The position numbers and the translations under genes are program-made. This document shows positions 60,984 through 64,000 of a stretch of DNA of 64,000 nucleotides, piece after piece (position 1 is the first letter of the stretch; each line of letters opens with the position of its first letter). The stretch lies in contig JBHGNT010000115.1 in NCBI GenBank assembly GCA_043228905.1, forward strand, positions 1 to 64,000, read 5' to 3'. The notes beneath the pieces are model-generated. The model had not been told where the DNA came from and searched no databases. It saw only the letters and a list, made by a program, of their open reading frames with translations. The DNA comes from Azolla caroliniana (Eukaryota > Plantae > Polypodiophyta).

Positions 60984-63900
60984 CATTTCATATGTATGTA
61001 ATTCTTCTCCTACTCCGCTCTACAATCAGCCATTCATTTATAAGTTGTGTGAAGAAACACCAAATCAAATTGCCTTCCCACATAAAAATGCTCCATGGAA
61101 TGAAGGAGTGAAACACACACAAAAGTTTGTTCTTGGTGATATAAGACATAGAGACGGATCATCAACACGACACACACATGAGTCGATATTTCGTCATGCC
61201 GATCATGTTACCCATTCCGAAGTACTAGTCGTCCTCGTGATCCTTAGCTTGTAGGGATGTTGGAGGTAGGTTGGCTCTGTCTTGATCATAGCTCAAGAGT
61301 GGTGGGGAGGATCAGGTTCTCTCTATCAAATCTATTCGCCTTTTTTATTTTAATTTGTTCTATTCATCAGTAAGATATTCTTAGCATACTCAAGCGCATA
61401 TGGTCGCACACGAATCTATCGTTTGTATGTAAAGTAGGGCTCTGCAAGCCCTTTTCGCCCTATAAACCTTGCTTGAGGTTCGTCAAACCATTTCTCTATT
61501 AGACAAGCAATAAACAAGGTTTTACTAGTGGCAATAACCACTTTCCAGTTATGTAATCAATTGTCTAATTTTAAGCTTTTCTTGGGTAATGGTCTAAGTC
61601 ATTTTCATACAATGATTATCAACACGAGAAAACTATTGTTATGTAGCAATAGCCTTTAACAACCATGAATTGGGTGAGAGATGGTACATTTCTTGAATTG
61701 GTTATGCTTCGTGTTTGATCCGTATGAATGGGCTTCGGATGCGGCAAAACATGGTTTATGGCTATGGTTTAAAACAATTTATGTTACAATAAGTCTATCC
61801 TTGAGTATTTGTGCTATTGGTTGATTGAACACATCATTGTAGCATGGGGATCCATTTATAACCATTACAAATACCAATCTCCTAACCCTCTCTTATAATA
61901 AAAAATTGCTTTTGTCCTTATATTTGAAGAAATGCTTATGGAAGACTTATATTTGACAACAATAAATTTGATTTTATGTGGTTGTTCTAGTCCCGGATCT
62001 CATAATCCGTTAGTAGAAAGGACATCAAACAATAATATGCACTTGAAAAGGTGTATAATATAGTGAATTGGGATTTCAACACGTACAATGCACATTTCAT
62101 CATATGGTTCACTTATGTATTTTATTGTTGGGCTCCATTTGTATCGATGAAATGGTTCACTCAAGGATGCTAAAATACTTTCTAAGAAACACTTTGGCAT
62201 CGATAGTTGCATCCCATGCCCCTTATGTGATCAAACATTTATTCATCATATAGTAGATCAATATATATTCTTGTTAATGTCAACGGGAGTCTGATGATTG
62301 TAATCTACAAGGCAAGACCTAGCCCATGGCAAGAATCAAGATTGGGGCGAATTAAACTATATGTTCTAGATGTGCAATATATGAATGGACATCCAACATC
62401 CAAGAATGTGGATGTTATGCTCACTTAAAAGGGACAAATGTGGAAAGATTGCAGGTGGAAACAAAATAGTGATGGTAATATAAGGAAATTGACAGAGGTG
62501 GGCACAAACAAGGAGACAATTCACATAATTGGCCACAAGTGGCACCCCTCCCAAAATAGAATAAAGTTGTGTAAGCACACTTCCATGTTAATAGCATTTT
62601 TCTTGTTACTTTCATCTAAATAGATAAACTCCTACATTAACATGTGGACAAACAAAGTCAATGACACCAAGAGCAATCACTTCCACATGAAGCCTATAGA
62701 TTTATTTGAACTTGTAGTCATGAGCATAGTGAATTGGCGAATTGTATAGCCCACAGGATGTAGAATGCAACAAGGAGTAAGTATGCTTCTAAAAAATAAT
62801 TGAATGCGGGTGTGTATAATATGGGTTCTAATGGAGAGCACATTATGCGTTGCAACAACAATATTTCCTACAATCATAACGATCATAGATCATGTCAACA
62901 AAAAGATTATGGGTACCCTTTAACAATAATATTAATGAGAACTACAATGGGAAGTTGCTTATGTTTTAAGGATGAGAATAATGAGCATTGTGAAATCTAG
63001 CATGTTGACAATAGCTGAACAACATTGTTAAGAATGATCCATAAGTAAAATGATTAGGCTTCCATAAATGATAACATGAAATGTTTATAGGTTGCAAAAG
63101 ACATTCATGGGACGTTATTACATATCAAACTAATGACGAGCAAAATAATTAGAGATTAAGAAAAAAGATGTATTAAAAGTGCTTAACCACATCAACCACT
63201 CAAGAACATTAAACAAACAAAAAATACCACCGATGTCCAACAACACCAAATATTACCTTATGTTATTCCCTTGGTGTTTTGAATAGCATACCTATAGCAG
63301 TTGACTAAGCCTTGTCAATAGATTCTCTATAGTGTCTCACGATGTTGGTGGTAGTTATTCCCCTTTATAAACCCCAACACCTAGACCACCACCGTGTGTG
63401 ATGGGTTTGTCCCAAATCCTAGAGCTTATTAGATTTAGCTATACCAATATCCTGTAAGGTTATGCCTAGAACACACGTTTATTTCAAGTGATCACCAAAT
63501 TTCGGAATGTGGTGGATTATTGCGTATCCATTGAAAATTTTGAAGTCGTGGCCTAGAAATATTTGTCAAGAGAACAAAATAAACTAACAGCACACATGTT
63601 AATAGTTATTGACTCGTAAATGTCTTGAGTGATTAGCACGATAATTTCCGAAAACACAACCCCAATAACTAATGATGCTAATGTATATTCATGGTTTAAA
63701 TGTAAGGAATGGGAAAACAAAAGGAAGAAGCAACACTATAAAATTTGTTTGATTCTCTTCACGGCACACAACATATCTAAGATGAGACACTTTTTCTTTT
63801 TTGTACCATGAAGGATGCCATGCACAAACACCAAAGCCATTTGGATTGGCAAGTCGCAACTTTGGCAATGTTAACTTGGAAAAGTTTGTCAACCTTTTAA

Positions 63901-64000
63901 AGGATTTTGGCTCATTGAACCTAGTATTCGACTATGGTACATCTAGAGTATTAGGAGTGGGTCTATGGTACTATGAAAAGAGAGATTGACCTATAGAAAT

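Noticed and set aside
61100-64000. Possible solo LTR (~61.1-61.5 kb) and RNase H-like remnant (REQNK motif, ~63.55 kb)
   Set aside because: No clear termini, TSD or continuous frame; insufficient support.

Overview
Eukaryotic land-plant nuclear DNA; the spliced plant genes, Ty3/Copia/LINE content and a non-seed-plant feel are my inference. The first 17.1 kb is a very young tandem array of one Ty3/Gypsy chromovirus (456-bp LTRs ending TG...TA, single 1477-aa Gag-Pol ORF with a chromodomain), nested inside an older, mutated copy of the same family. The array junctions look like reverse-transcription intermediates. There is an exact unprocessed 2-LTR-circle junction (LTR-TT|TA-LTR, 3693-3696). 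There is also a 2751-bp internally deleted unit sharing an LTR, whose breakpoint extends the tRNA-iMet complement (TGGTATCAGAGCC), as expected from a mis-targeted plus-strand transfer. The best candidate for an undescribed system is array growth by re-integration of 1-LTR and 2-LTR circular cDNAs into a resident copy. The element also has a hairpin-array leader bracketed by candidate splice sites. The rest of the window holds five host genes: SDF2 (6 exons, with a dead duplicate of exon 4), a 14-exon DEAD-box helicase with all introns in phase 0, an intronless C2H2 zinc-finger gene, a DUF2358-like gene, and a ~1650-aa protein with a SAP-like N-terminus and a D-box. It also holds decayed LINE and Copia remnants, two MITEs and microsatellites. 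All coordinates and identities were read by eye; no searches or alignments were run.
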